The notes: generated by a model from the letters alone, not told the origin. A stretch of 42,408 nucleotides of DNA from Solirubrobacterales bacterium (GCA_035547475.1 DASZUW010000132.1:1-42408); one strand, 5' to 3'. Shown: positions 17,758-26,497, counted from the stretch's first letter. Numbers and translations: made by a program.

Positions 17758-18825
17758 CTAGGAGCGGCCGGTCCTGGTGCCATCCGGGCTTCGCCGCATT
17801 CGATCCAGGGTGGGAGGCGGATAAGGCCGGCTCCGTCGCGTACGCTCGCAGTGCGTCGCCCTGTCGCCGGCGTCGAGGTAGGCGACGTCCGTTCCGGGCC
17901 CGCAATCGACGACGTCGCGCTCTCCGTCCTCGGCGTGGATGACGTCGGCGCCGGCGCCGCCGACGAGGAGGTCGCTTCCGGGCCCGCCGATGATGCGGTC
18001 GGCGCCGGGCCCGCCGAGCAGGTGATCGTCACCCGCACGGCCGGAGATCGTGTCGGCGCCGGCCAGCCCTCGGATCAGGTCGTCCTCCGGGGTGCCCGCC
18101 AGGCGGTCGGCCCTTCGGGTCCCGATCAGCACGTGCGGTGACCGCGGGGTCGCCGGCGGCGGTGGAGCCGGAGCCGACGTTGGCGGCACTTCGGAGGCAG
18201 GGGGCGCGGGCGGCCCCGGCGGTTCGGCGGCCGGCGGTTCGGACGGGGGTTCGCCTTCGAGCTCGGTGAGGGTCCAGCGGAAGCCAAGGCTCGCGCTTGC
18301 CCGTTGGTAGAGGTTGTCGCCGACGTAGGGGGTGGACGGCGCGCCCTGGTCCCGCATCTTCACCGCGAAGCGGTACGTCCGCGACTCGCCCGCGGCGAGC
18401 GTGCCGAGGTCGAGCGAGGGCATCGACCAGAGATCGCCCGCGTAGACGATCCGTCGGCCCGATCCGTCGACGTCGGTCAGGACCAAGCCGAGTCGTTCAG
18501 ACAGGGCCCCGCCGTAGAAGCCCGGTGAGTCGGAGCGGTCGGACGTGGAGAGGGTCAGGTCGCCCGGCGCGGAGCCGGTGTTGCCTATGCTCACCTCGCC
18601 CGCGCCGGTCATCCCGGGCGCGAAGTTCGACAACGTGAAGATCGCCCCGCCTTCCTTCGAGTCGGAGATCGAGATCGCTCCCGTCGCCGCCAGCTCGGTG
18701 AGAGACGGCGAGGGCCGGTGGCCCGGCAACGGACCCGCGCCGTAGACCGTCGCGACCGCGGCTGCCGCGAGGAGGAGGGCGCCGCTGGAGGCGGCCAGGC
18801 GGATCCGGAGTCGGCGGCCGGACAC
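17758..18825 (-). CDS. Secreted protein: TasA/camelysin-like N-domain, Pro-rich linker and C-terminal RTX (GGxGxDxUx) repeats
   Basis: Signal-like start: SGRRLRIRLAASSGALLLAAAAVA. The N-domain contains FTLSNFAPGMTGAGEVSIGNTGSAPGDLTL. The linker reads EPPSEPPAAEPPGPPAPPASEVPPTSAPAPPPP. Five consecutive nonapeptides follow: GLAGADTIS GRAGDDHLL GGPGADRII GGPGSDLLV GGAGADVIH. Confidence 0.7.
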   Translation of the reverse strand: MSGRRLRIRLAASSGALLLAAAAVATVYGAGPLPGHRPSPSLTELAATGAISISDSKEGGAIFTLSNFAPGMTGAGEVSIGNTGSAPGDLTLSTSDRSDSPGFYGGALSERLGLVLTDVDGSGRRIVYAGDLWSMPSLDLGTLAAGESRTYRFAVKMRDQGAPSTPYVGDNLYQRASASLGFRWTLTELEGEPPSEPPAAEPPGPPAPPASEVPPTSAPAPPPPATPRSPHVLIGTRRADRLAGTPEDDLIRGLAGADTISGRAGDDHLLGGPGADRIIGGPGSDLLVGGAGADVIHAEDGERDVVDCGPGTDVAYLDAGDRATHCERTRRSRPYPPPTLDRMRRSPDGTRTGRS

Positions 18826-18828
18826 GTC

Positions 18829-19788
18829 CTAGAACTCCCGGTCGGACGCGCCGGACTCGGTGCGCGCGGCGGTGCTCTCGGGGTTGCCGGCCCAGTCGTA
18901 GGCGGACGAAGACGGCGTCCAGGTCATCGTCCCGGCGATCAGGGCGGTGGTCGGGCCGGCGGAGGCGGTCCCGAGGGTCACGGTGATCGTGTTGCCGCTC
19001 TGCACCATCGAGGAGGGCGTGCCGGTGGCGCCGAAGGTCGCCGAGGAGGAGACGTATTCGGAGCGCCCGAGGGCGACGCTTCCGAGTGGCAGCTGGACGG
19101 TGTTCGTCGCGCTCCACACCGTCAGCGTGTCCGGGTTGCCGTTGGCGATCCGGGCCACGACGTTGGTCGCCGCGCCGGTCCAGCCGGCGACGATCGAGTT
19201 GGGGTCGATCGGCTCGCTGAAGGTGAAGATCACCGTGTCGCCGATCTCCGGCCTGCCCGCCGTGTTGCCGCTCTTGTTGGTCGTCTGGATGTCCGACGCG
19301 GTGGGTGCGGTGTTGTCGACGACGACGGTGTAGCCGGATTGCGTGCGGCTGTTGCCGGCGACATCTTTGGTGCTTAGCGCGTAGGAGTAGGTGCCGGCGG
19401 CAAGCGTCGCGTTCGCCGTCAGCGCCGCGGAGCGATATCCGTAGCTCGCGCCGCCCGCGGAGAAGGAGCCGGGGGAGAGGGGGGCGGCACTCTGGCCGGC
19501 GGTGAGCGAGCCGAGGTTGGCGGCGATGCTGACGAGGCCGCTCGCCGGGGCGCCAGCGTCGGTCGCGTTCGCGTAGGCGTAGTAGCTGCCGCCTTGGCCG
19601 ATGTAGCCCGCGACGCCGCCCTGGCTCTTGGCAATCACCGAACCCGACACGGTCGGCGCCACCCAGTCGCTGCTCGCGACCAGCGCGTTGCCGGTGCTCG
19701 AAGTCGTCCCGCTGTAGAGGGCCCAGGCGGTGCCGGTCACCGCCCCGAAGCCGAGCAGCGCAGCGAGGATCGAGACGACGGCCCTCAC
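18829..19788 (-). CDS. Secreted Ig-like-domain protein with a SipW-type signal/cleavage region
   Basis: GTG at 19788 overlaps the sipW stop as GTGA. The N-terminus VRAVVSILAALLGFGAVTGTAWALYSGTTSSTGNALVAS shares the (F/Y)S(A/G)TTxxxGN motif with the two TasA-like genes. YTVVVDNTAPTASD is typical of bacterial Ig-like modules. Confidence 0.65.
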   Translation of the reverse strand: MRAVVSILAALLGFGAVTGTAWALYSGTTSSTGNALVASSDWVAPTVSGSVIAKSQGGVAGYIGQGGSYYAYANATDAGAPASGLVSIAANLGSLTAGQSAAPLSPGSFSAGGASYGYRSAALTANATLAAGTYSYALSTKDVAGNSRTQSGYTVVVDNTAPTASDIQTTNKSGNTAGRPEIGDTVIFTFSEPIDPNSIVAGWTGAATNVVARIANGNPDTLTVWSATNTVQLPLGSVALGRSEYVSSSATFGATGTPSSMVQSGNTITVTLGTASAGPTTALIAGTMTWTPSSSAYDWAGNPESTAARTESGASDREF

Positions 19789-20291
19789 GCCGGCCCCTTC
19801 CGGGTCGGGCGCGGACGCCAGATCCAACGCATGCCGGACAGGAGAAGCAGGAGCGCCGGCACGATCACCAGGAAGATCCGACCCCCCGGAGAGCTGATCC
19901 AGACCGCGGCGAAGCCGAGCGCCGGGATGCGATAGGCGACCGTGCCGATCGTCCCGGCGGCGGGCACCGCCCAGTGCTCGCGGGCGGTGTTCGCATCGCC
20001 CTGGGTGACGACGTCGACCTTGCCGCCGTGGCGTGAGACCGCCCGGACGCGGTGGACCAGCACCCGTTCGCCGCCTTCGGGATCGTCGAAGGTGACGATG
20101 TCGCCGACCCGCGCAGCGGTCGGGGAGATCGGGCGGACGACGACCACGTCGCCGGTCCTGATCGTCGGCGTCATGCTGCCGGAGCGGACGATCATCGGGC
20201 GCCAGCCGATCGCGAGCGGCAGCGTCGCCGCCAGCAGCACCGCGACGACGAACGTGCCCAGGCCCCAGGCGATGAAGGCACGGATCCTCAC
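19785..20291 (-). CDS. sipW: Signal peptidase I, archaeal/ER (SipW) type (168 aa)
   Basis: GTG at 20291 overlaps the upstream stop as GTGA and lies in frame with track ORF 19785..21224. Features are an N-terminal TM helix, SGSMTPTIRTGDVV (catalytic Ser), VLVHRV (His), QGDAN, and a C-terminal TM helix (IFLVIVPALLLLLSG). Confidence 0.8.
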   Translation of the reverse strand: MRIRAFIAWGLGTFVVAVLLAATLPLAIGWRPMIVRSGSMTPTIRTGDVVVVRPISPTAARVGDIVTFDDPEGGERVLVHRVRAVSRHGGKVDVVTQGDANTAREHWAVPAAGTIGTVAYRIPALGFAAVWISSPGGRIFLVIVPALLLLLSGMRWIWRPRPTRKGPA

Positions 20292-20818
20292 GTGCCGCCC
20301 CCGATCGGCCGCACGCGCGGCCGCAGCGTCACCTGGACCAGGCGACCCTGCCAGCCGGCGAGGATCCCACCCGGGATCCAGGCATCCAGGCGCAGGCGCC
20401 GCGCCTCGCCCGAGCGGAGCCTCAGGGTGGGCGGATGAAGCTCGATTCCCTGCAGGGTGGTGTCCGCCAGCGGCGCGCCGCCGGCGAGGATGCGCACGCG
20501 CAGCAGCCCGTCGAGCGCGGTCGAGTCGGCCTTTGCCACCAGCGTCGTCGCGAGCGTCGATCCGGTCTGGTTGCGGAGCCGGAAGTCGGCCGTCGCCGGC
20601 CGTCCCCCGGGGCGGAGGGATCGGCCGTCGAGCAGCGGGCGCGGCGGCGCGGGCGTCACTTCCAGCGCTCCGCCCGGCGCCATCGAGACGCGGAGCGCGG
20701 CGGGCAGCGGCGACCCGGCGGCCCCCGGGCGGGAGGCGATCAGCAGGGCGACCGCAAAGGCCACCCCGACGATCGCTCCCGCGGCTGCGGCGAGCTTCTT
20801 CTGCTGTCGGGTCGTCAT
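20288..20818 (-). CDS. Membrane-anchored beta-rich protein of unknown function (176 aa), part of the SipW operon
   Basis: ATG follows GAGGAG. The N-terminal anchor reads KKLAAAAGAIVGVAFAVALLIA. The rest has alternating hydrophobic strands (FRLRNQTGSTLATTLVAKA, LLRVRILAGG). It lacks the TTxxxGN motif. Confidence 0.6.
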   Translation of the reverse strand: MTTRQQKKLAAAAGAIVGVAFAVALLIASRPGAAGSPLPAALRVSMAPGGALEVTPAPPRPLLDGRSLRPGGRPATADFRLRNQTGSTLATTLVAKADSTALDGLLRVRILAGGAPLADTTLQGIELHPPTLRLRSGEARRLRLDAWIPGGILAGWQGRLVQVTLRPRVRPIGGGT

Positions 20819-20839
20819 CTCCTCGCCCGTGCGTCCGAC

Positions 20840-21433
20840 TCAGGCGTGGTTGCGTGCCTCGGCGAACAGCGTGAATACGCCGGTCGTCGCGCCCTGGGCG
20901 GTGTCGGGGGCTTCCGCGGAGAGCGCCAGCCTCTCCTTGAAGACCAGCGCACTGCCGCTGGCCCAGGATTCCTGGCCGAAGGGCACCACCGTCAGGCCGG
21001 TTTCGTAGTCGCTTCCGAGTAGGCCGGCCGCAGCGCCGTCGTAGAGGACCCCGGTCCCGTTGGTGTTGTCGGGGGTGAAGCCCGCGCAGCTCGGGAACGT
21101 CGGGCTCGCCTGCGTCCCCTGAGACAGGGTCAGATGGAGGTAGGGCTCGAGCGCTCCGCCGCCGCCGGTCATGTAGAGGTGGACGTCGGCCGGCAGCGAG
21201 CCGTTGTAGGTGACCTTGATGCACCGTTCCCAGCTTTCGCCGGGTTTGGCGTTGGTGACGTTGAACTGCGCCGAACCGGCGTCGTTGTCGGAGATCAGGA
21301 CGGTTCCCGAGCTGATCTCGTTGCCCGCGTTCTGCGTGGTCGCGCTGAAGAGTCCGAAGACGCCCAGCGCAACCAGGCTGCCGAGCACCCCGACCAGCAG
21401 GGCCGATATCAGCAGCTTGTTGGACTTGTTCAT
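20840..21433 (-). CDS. TasA/camelysin-like (peptidase M73 fold) secreted protein with SipW-type signal (197 aa)
   Basis: ATG follows AAGGAGA. The sequence MNKSNKLLISALLVGVLGSLVALGVFGLFSATTQNAGNEISSGTV...NAKPGES...YNGSLPA parallels B. subtilis TasA (AAFND...FASGTL...NLKPGD...NNGSLA). Confidence 0.8.
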   Translation of the reverse strand: MNKSNKLLISALLVGVLGSLVALGVFGLFSATTQNAGNEISSGTVLISDNDAGSAQFNVTNAKPGESWERCIKVTYNGSLPADVHLYMTGGGGALEPYLHLTLSQGTQASPTFPSCAGFTPDNTNGTGVLYDGAAAGLLGSDYETGLTVVPFGQESWASGSALVFKERLALSAEAPDTAQGATTGVFTLFAEARNHA

Positions 21434-21494
21434 GGTTTTCTCCTTGTCGATTGCGTTGGTGCGTGGGACGAAGTCGCTGCCGGCGTCGCCGGCG

Positions 21495-22112
21495 CTATTG
21501 GCTGCGCGCCTCCCAGACGAAGGAGTGCTCGCCGGAGCTCCAGCCCTGGCTGGAGTCGGGGGCACTTGCCTGGAGGACGGCCTGGAAGCGGTAGATGACG
21601 CTTTCGCCGGCACCCCAGCTCGATCTGCCGGGCGGCGCCGTGACGACGCCGGCGCCATAGCTGCCGCGGGTCTGCTCGAACGCCTGGAGGGTGCCGCTGT
21701 AGATGACGCCGGTCGAGTCGGCGGCAAAGCCGGTGCAGCCGGGGAAGGTCGGGCTTGCCTGGGTCCCCTGGGTGACGGTGAGTTCGACGTACTGGGCGAG
21801 TGGACCGGGGCTGCTCGGCGAGTAGAGGCGGGCGACCGCGGGCAGCGAGCCGCCGTAGGTCACCTTGATGCAGCGGGTGATCGATTCCCCCGGTTTGATG
21901 TTGGTCGCGTTGTAGAGCGCGGCGCCGGAGTCGTTGTCGGAGAATTCGACGCTGCCACTGGCGACCTCGTTGCCGGCGTTCTGCGTGGTCGCGGTGAACG
22001 CTCCGTAGACGCCGAGCGAGATCGCGCCGCCCAGGGCGCCGATCAGCAACGCCGACAGCGCGAGCTTCGCGGCTCGTCCGGGCCGAGGGATGAGTGGATT
22101 GGCTCCTCGCAT
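21495..22112 (-). CDS. TasA/camelysin-like secreted protein, paralogue of 20840..21433 (205 aa)
   Basis: Internal ATG of track ORF 21495..22502. The sequence reads ...LGVYGAFTATTQNAGNEVASGSVEFSDNDSGAA...NIKPGESITRCIKVTYGGSLPA...QGTQASPTFPGCTGF. By eye, roughly half of aligned positions are identical to the paralogue. Confidence 0.8.
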   Translation of the reverse strand: MRGANPLIPRPGRAAKLALSALLIGALGGAISLGVYGAFTATTQNAGNEVASGSVEFSDNDSGAALYNATNIKPGESITRCIKVTYGGSLPAVARLYSPSSPGPLAQYVELTVTQGTQASPTFPGCTGFAADSTGVIYSGTLQAFEQTRGSYGAGVVTAPPGRSSWGAGESVIYRFQAVLQASAPDSSQGWSSGEHSFVWEARSQ

Positions 22113-22407
22113 GGCACGGGGAGGGTCGGCTCGCCGGGGCCGGGGCCCATCCGTGATTTCCCGCGCCGATCGGTGGGGTGAATCGGCGCCGCGGCCCGTC
22201 AGGTACCGGACATTCCGCTTGGGTAGCCGGATTTCGCGCCCATCCCCGGTCGGCCTCGCCAAGGGCGCGACGAATCGGATCGGCCCGGCGCTACCAAATC
22301 TGCCTGGCCGGATGTACGAGGCCCGGGCTTCGTAGGCGTGCCGGCCGCAGGACAATTTGGTGCGTTCTACGGACGGGCTCGCTGCGGCTGCTGCCGATGA
22401 GCGGAAC

Positions 22408-23789
22408 ATGATCCCGTCCGCATGCAGCGAGGCCCCCGCACTCGACGGGCCGCCCACGACGATCGGCGAGCTCGAGCGCACGCCGACCGAACGTCGCCAC
22501 ATCTACGTCCGGCTGCAACTGAAACTGGCGCTGGTCCTTGGCGTCACGATCGCCTGGGCGGCCGTTTCGACGTGGATCTCGCTGCCGTGGATCGATTCGC
22601 TCGCCGGTTCGATCACGCTCCCGATCGCGATCGCGGTGGTCGTCGGGATCGCGATCCTGCCCGGCTACCTGAACGCAAACCTCGTCGCGTCGCTGCTGAT
22701 CGATCGCCCACCGCCGCTGCGGTTCGATCTCGCCTTCCCGGCGCTCACCGTCGTCATCGCCTGCTTCGAGGAGGAGGCAACCATCGAGGAGACGCTCGAA
22801 TACGTGTGCCGCCAGCGATATCCGGGGAGGCTCCGCATCCTCGTCGCCGACGACGGCTCGACCGACCGCACTGCGGAGCTCGCCCGGGCGCGCGCCGCGC
22901 GCGACCCGCGGATCGCGGTGCAGACCTTCGAGCACGGCGGGAAGGCGCGCACGCTCAGCGCCGCCGTCGCGTTGGTCGACACGCCGCTCGTCTGCACGGT
23001 CGATGCCGACACGGTGCTGATGGGGTCGGCACTCGAAAGGATCGTCGCCCGCCTGTTGATCTCGCCGCCCGACACCGTCGCGGTCGCCGGCGCCGTATTC
23101 GTCCGCAACTCGCGCCGCAACCTCATCACGCGGGCCCAAGAGTGGGACTACTTCCTCGGCATCGCTTCGGTGAAGCGCCAGCAGGGCCTCTTCCAGGGCA
23201 CGATGGTCGCCCAGGGTGCCTTCAGCGTCTACCGCACCGAGGCCGTCCGGTCGGCGGCTGGCCCGACCGGATCGGTGAGGACATCGTCCTCACCTGGGCG
23301 ATGATGCAGGCCGGAGGCCGGGTCGGGTACGAGCGCACCGCGATCGCCTTCACCGGGGCGCCCGAGGATCTCCGACACTTCTCCCGCCAGCGCCGCCGCT
23401 GGGCCCGCGGGATGATCGAGGGCCTCCGCCAGTACGGGGCGCCGCTGCTCTGCGGGGGCCGCTCCAACGCCCACGCGGTGCTCGTCGACTTCGCCTTCCC
23501 GTTCATCGACGGCGTCTACTCGATCGCCTTCCCGATCGGCCTCGTCCTCGCCTGCTTCGGCAATTTCGCGATCGTCGGGCCGATGACCCTCGCCGTGCTG
23601 CCGCTGAACGTCGGTCTCGCGGCGATCATGTTCCACCTCAGCCGCCAGGCCTTCGCGGAGGTCGGCCTGCGGGTGAGGAAGAACGTCGGCGGCTACCTCG
23701 TCTACCTGCTCAGCTACCAGCTGTTCATGTCGCCGATCTCGGTCGCCGGCTACCTGCAGGAGCTGGTCGGAGCCCGGCGCAGTTGGTGA
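22408..23789 (+). pseudogene. Processive family-2 glycosyltransferase (PgaC/IcaA/NodC-like polysaccharide synthase) with one apparent 1-nt deletion near 23255
   Basis: N-terminal TM helices are followed by VVIACFEEE, ADDGSTD, VDADT, [frameshift], GEDIVLTW, QRRRWARG and C-terminal TM helices. The track splits it into 22357..23304 and 22422..23789. The start could be ATG 22408 or TTG 22357. Confidence 0.8.
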
Positions 23790-23887
23790 GGCGCGCGGGC
23801 CCTCGGGCTCGCACATCCGTCCACGGTCCTGTGGCGATGTGGGCTTCTACGGATAGAGACGCCCCCGTACCCGTCGATGGTCGCCAC

Positions 23888-26497
23888 ATGAGCATCCCTG
23901 AGCGCATCACCTCCCGACCCGTCCGCCTATCGGCGCCTTACGCCGCCCTCGTCATCTTCCTCGCCATCTACGCGGCCTGGCATCTCCTCCCTTCGTTGCC
24001 GCTGGCGCATTCCTCGGCGGCGGCGATATTCCAATCGCCGCTCGGAGTCGTGGCAGCGCTCGTCGCCTGGTCCGCCTCGCGTCGGGCCGGGCGCCAGCCC
24101 CGACTGCGGCGCGCCTGGCTGTTGATCGCCTCGGCGCTCGGCGCCCAGGCGGCCGGAGCGCTCTACGAACTCGGGGCCGAACTGGTGAGCGCGGAACTGG
24201 GATACCCCTCGCCGGCGGACGTGCTCTACCTCGCCTTCTACCCGCTGATGCTCGCCGGCGTGCTCTGCTTCCCGAGCCTGCGCCGCAGCACCCGCCAGAC
24301 GCTCGAGCTAACGCTCGACTGCGCCGTGGTCGGCCTCGCGGGCGGCGCCGTCTTCGCCTACCTCGTACTTGGGCCGACCGTGCTGGAAAGCACCTCGACC
24401 CTGGAAGCGGTGGTGACGGTCGCCTACCCGGTCGCCGACACGATCCTGATCGTGGCGCTGGCCGCGGCCTTGCTCGCCCGACCGTTGCCCGCGGTCCGCG
24501 ACCAGTTGCGCTGGCTCACCGGCGCGATCATGCTCCTCGTCCTCGGCGATCTCTTCTGGGGCTACGAGGTTCTCCAGGGCACCTACGGCGCCGAATCGGT
24601 GCTGAACATCGCCTACGAGCTGTCGACCGCCTGCTTCATCCTCGCGGCGGCGCGGCAGCGGGCCGCCGGGCCCGAAGCTCGCGCCCGCGCCGGCGAGGGA
24701 TCCCGCAACGGCTGGCTGCCCTTCCTCGCCGCCGTGATCGTGGTGGCGATCTTCATCCGCGTCGACATCGGCGAGCCTTTCTTCCCCAACGTCCTGGTGA
24801 GCTGCATCGTCGCCTTGATCGTGATCCTCACGCTGACCCGGCAGGCGGTCTCCCTCAGGGACCTCTCGCTGAGCCGCCGTCGCCTCGCCGAGGCTCAGGA
24901 GGTCGCCCAGCTCGGGTCCTGGGAGTGGGACGTGATGGAGGATCGCGCCGAGTTCTCGGACGAGGCCGCGCGCCTGCTGGGCCTGGATCCCGGCTCGACG
25001 CTGAGCTTCGCGGAGATCGAATCGCGGGCGGAGCCCGATGACCGCGACGCCATGCACCGGGGTGTCGAGCGGGCGATGGGCGACGGCCGCGCCTTCGCCG
25101 TCGAGCTCGGCCTGCGCACCTGCGAAGCGGGGGTTCGCGAGTTCCTGGTCCGTGCCGAGCCGGCCGCCAAGAACGGCGCTGTCGTCCGCTTCCGCGGGAC
25201 GATCCAGGACATCACCGACCGCAAGCGGATGGAGGCGCAGCTCGAATACCAGGCCGACCACGACCCGCTCACCGGTCTGTTCAACCGTCGGCGCTTCGGC
25301 GAGGAGCTCGAACGGGCGCTGCGCCTCGTTGCCCGCTACAGGCAGGCCGGCGCCGTCCTGATGATCGACATCGACAATTTCAAGACGATCAATGACACCC
25401 ACGGCCACGCGGTCGGCGACCGCGCCCTGAAGGGGGTCGCCGCGGCGATCGCCGGTCGCGCCCGCGAGACCGACGTCTTCGCACGGCTCGGTGGGGACGA
25501 GTTCGCGGTCGTCCTGTCCGACGTCACGCCGGACGAGGCACGCGAGGTGGCCGAGGACATCCGCGCCCGCGCCCGCCGGGTCGACGCGACCCCGAAGCTC
25601 AGCGTCGGCATCGCACCGTTCGACGCCAGGGCGAGGCTGGTCGCCGACGACGTGCTGGTCGCCGCCGACATGGCCCTGTACGAGGCGAAGGACCGCGGCC
25701 GCGACCGCGTGGTCGTCTACAGCGGCAAGGCCAACGGGGCGATGAGCTGGGTCGAGCGGATCCGGGCCGCGCTGCGCGAGGACCGCTTCCAGCTCTACGC
25801 GCAGCCGATGATCGACTTGGGGACGGGGAAGGTGAGCCACCGGGAGCTCCTGATCCGCATGATCGACGAGGACGGCGACATCGTCCCGCCCGCGGCATTC
25901 CTGCCGACCGCCGAGCGGGTCGGGCTGATCACCGACATCGACCGCTGGGTCACCGCGAACGGGCTGCGCCTGGCACGCCAGGGGGAGCGCGTCAGCATCA
26001 ACCTGGCGGCGCCCTCGATCGGTGACGCGCAGATCCTCTGCCTCATCCACGACGCGATCGACGACGGCGTCGATCCCCGCCACCTGATCTTCGAGATCAC
26101 CGAGACCGCGGCGATGTCCAACATGGGGACGGCGCGGGCCTTCGTCGAGGAGTTGAGCGAGCTCGGCTGCGGCGTCGCCCTCGACGACTTCGGCACCGGC
26201 TTCGGCTCCTTCACCTGGCTCAAGCACCTGCCGACCAGCTACCTGAAGATCGACATGGAGTTCGTCAGCCACATGCGCGACAACGCCACCGACCGCGAGG
26301 TCGTCAGATCGATCACCGACGTCGCCCACAGCCTCGGCAAGCAGACCGTGGCCGAGGGGGTGGAGGACGAGAAGACGCTGGCCGCGTTGCGCGAGTACGG
26401 CGTGGACTGCGCGCAGGGCTTCTTCATCGGCCCGCCCGAGCCGATCGTCACGATTGCCGACGCGCCCCGGACGGCGGACGATCTCATCCATCGCTGA
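23888..26497 (+). CDS. Multi-pass membrane sensor - PAS - GGDEF - EAL protein (c-di-GMP turnover)
   Basis: The N-terminal region has about 9-10 hydrophobic helices. The PAS domain contains LGSWEWDV. GGDEF motifs are LFNRRRF and RLGGDEFAV. EAL motifs are RELLIRM, DDFGTGFGSF, LKIDMEFV, AEGVEDE and QGFFIGPP. The start is uncertain (23783 to 23888). Confidence 0.85.
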   Translation: MSIPERITSRPVRLSAPYAALVIFLAIYAAWHLLPSLPLAHSSAAAIFQSPLGVVAALVAWSASRRAGRQPRLRRAWLLIASALGAQAAGALYELGAELVSAELGYPSPADVLYLAFYPLMLAGVLCFPSLRRSTRQTLELTLDCAVVGLAGGAVFAYLVLGPTVLESTSTLEAVVTVAYPVADTILIVALAAALLARPLPAVRDQLRWLTGAIMLLVLGDLFWGYEVLQGTYGAESVLNIAYELSTACFILAAARQRAAGPEARARAGEGSRNGWLPFLAAVIVVAIFIRVDIGEPFFPNVLVSCIVALIVILTLTRQAVSLRDLSLSRRRLAEAQEVAQLGSWEWDVMEDRAEFSDEAARLLGLDPGSTLSFAEIESRAEPDDRDAMHRGVERAMGDGRAFAVELGLRTCEAGVREFLVRAEPAAKNGAVVRFRGTIQDITDRKRMEAQLEYQADHDPLTGLFNRRRFGEELERALRLVARYRQAGAVLMIDIDNFKTINDTHGHAVGDRALKGVAAAIAGRARETDVFARLGGDEFAVVLSDVTPDEAREVAEDIRARARRVDATPKLSVGIAPFDARARLVADDVLVAADMALYEAKDRGRDRVVVYSGKANGAMSWVERIRAALREDRFQLYAQPMIDLGTGKVSHRELLIRMIDEDGDIVPPAAFLPTAERVGLITDIDRWVTANGLRLARQGERVSINLAAPSIGDAQILCLIHDAIDDGVDPRHLIFEITETAAMSNMGTARAFVEELSELGCGVALDDFGTGFGSFTWLKHLPTSYLKIDMEFVSHMRDNATDREVVRSITDVAHSLGKQTVAEGVEDEKTLAALREYGVDCAQGFFIGPPEPIVTIADAPRTADDLIHR

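Noticed and set aside
22113-22407. I looked for a c-di-GMP riboswitch (GEMM-type ...ACGCAAAGC... core) or other leader RNA in the divergent region between the fibre operon and the GT2 gene. I noted two GAATCGG-containing segments.
   Set aside because: No recognisable riboswitch core is present. The short repeats are not clearly phased or palindromic. A covariance-model scan (Rfam) would be the decisive test.
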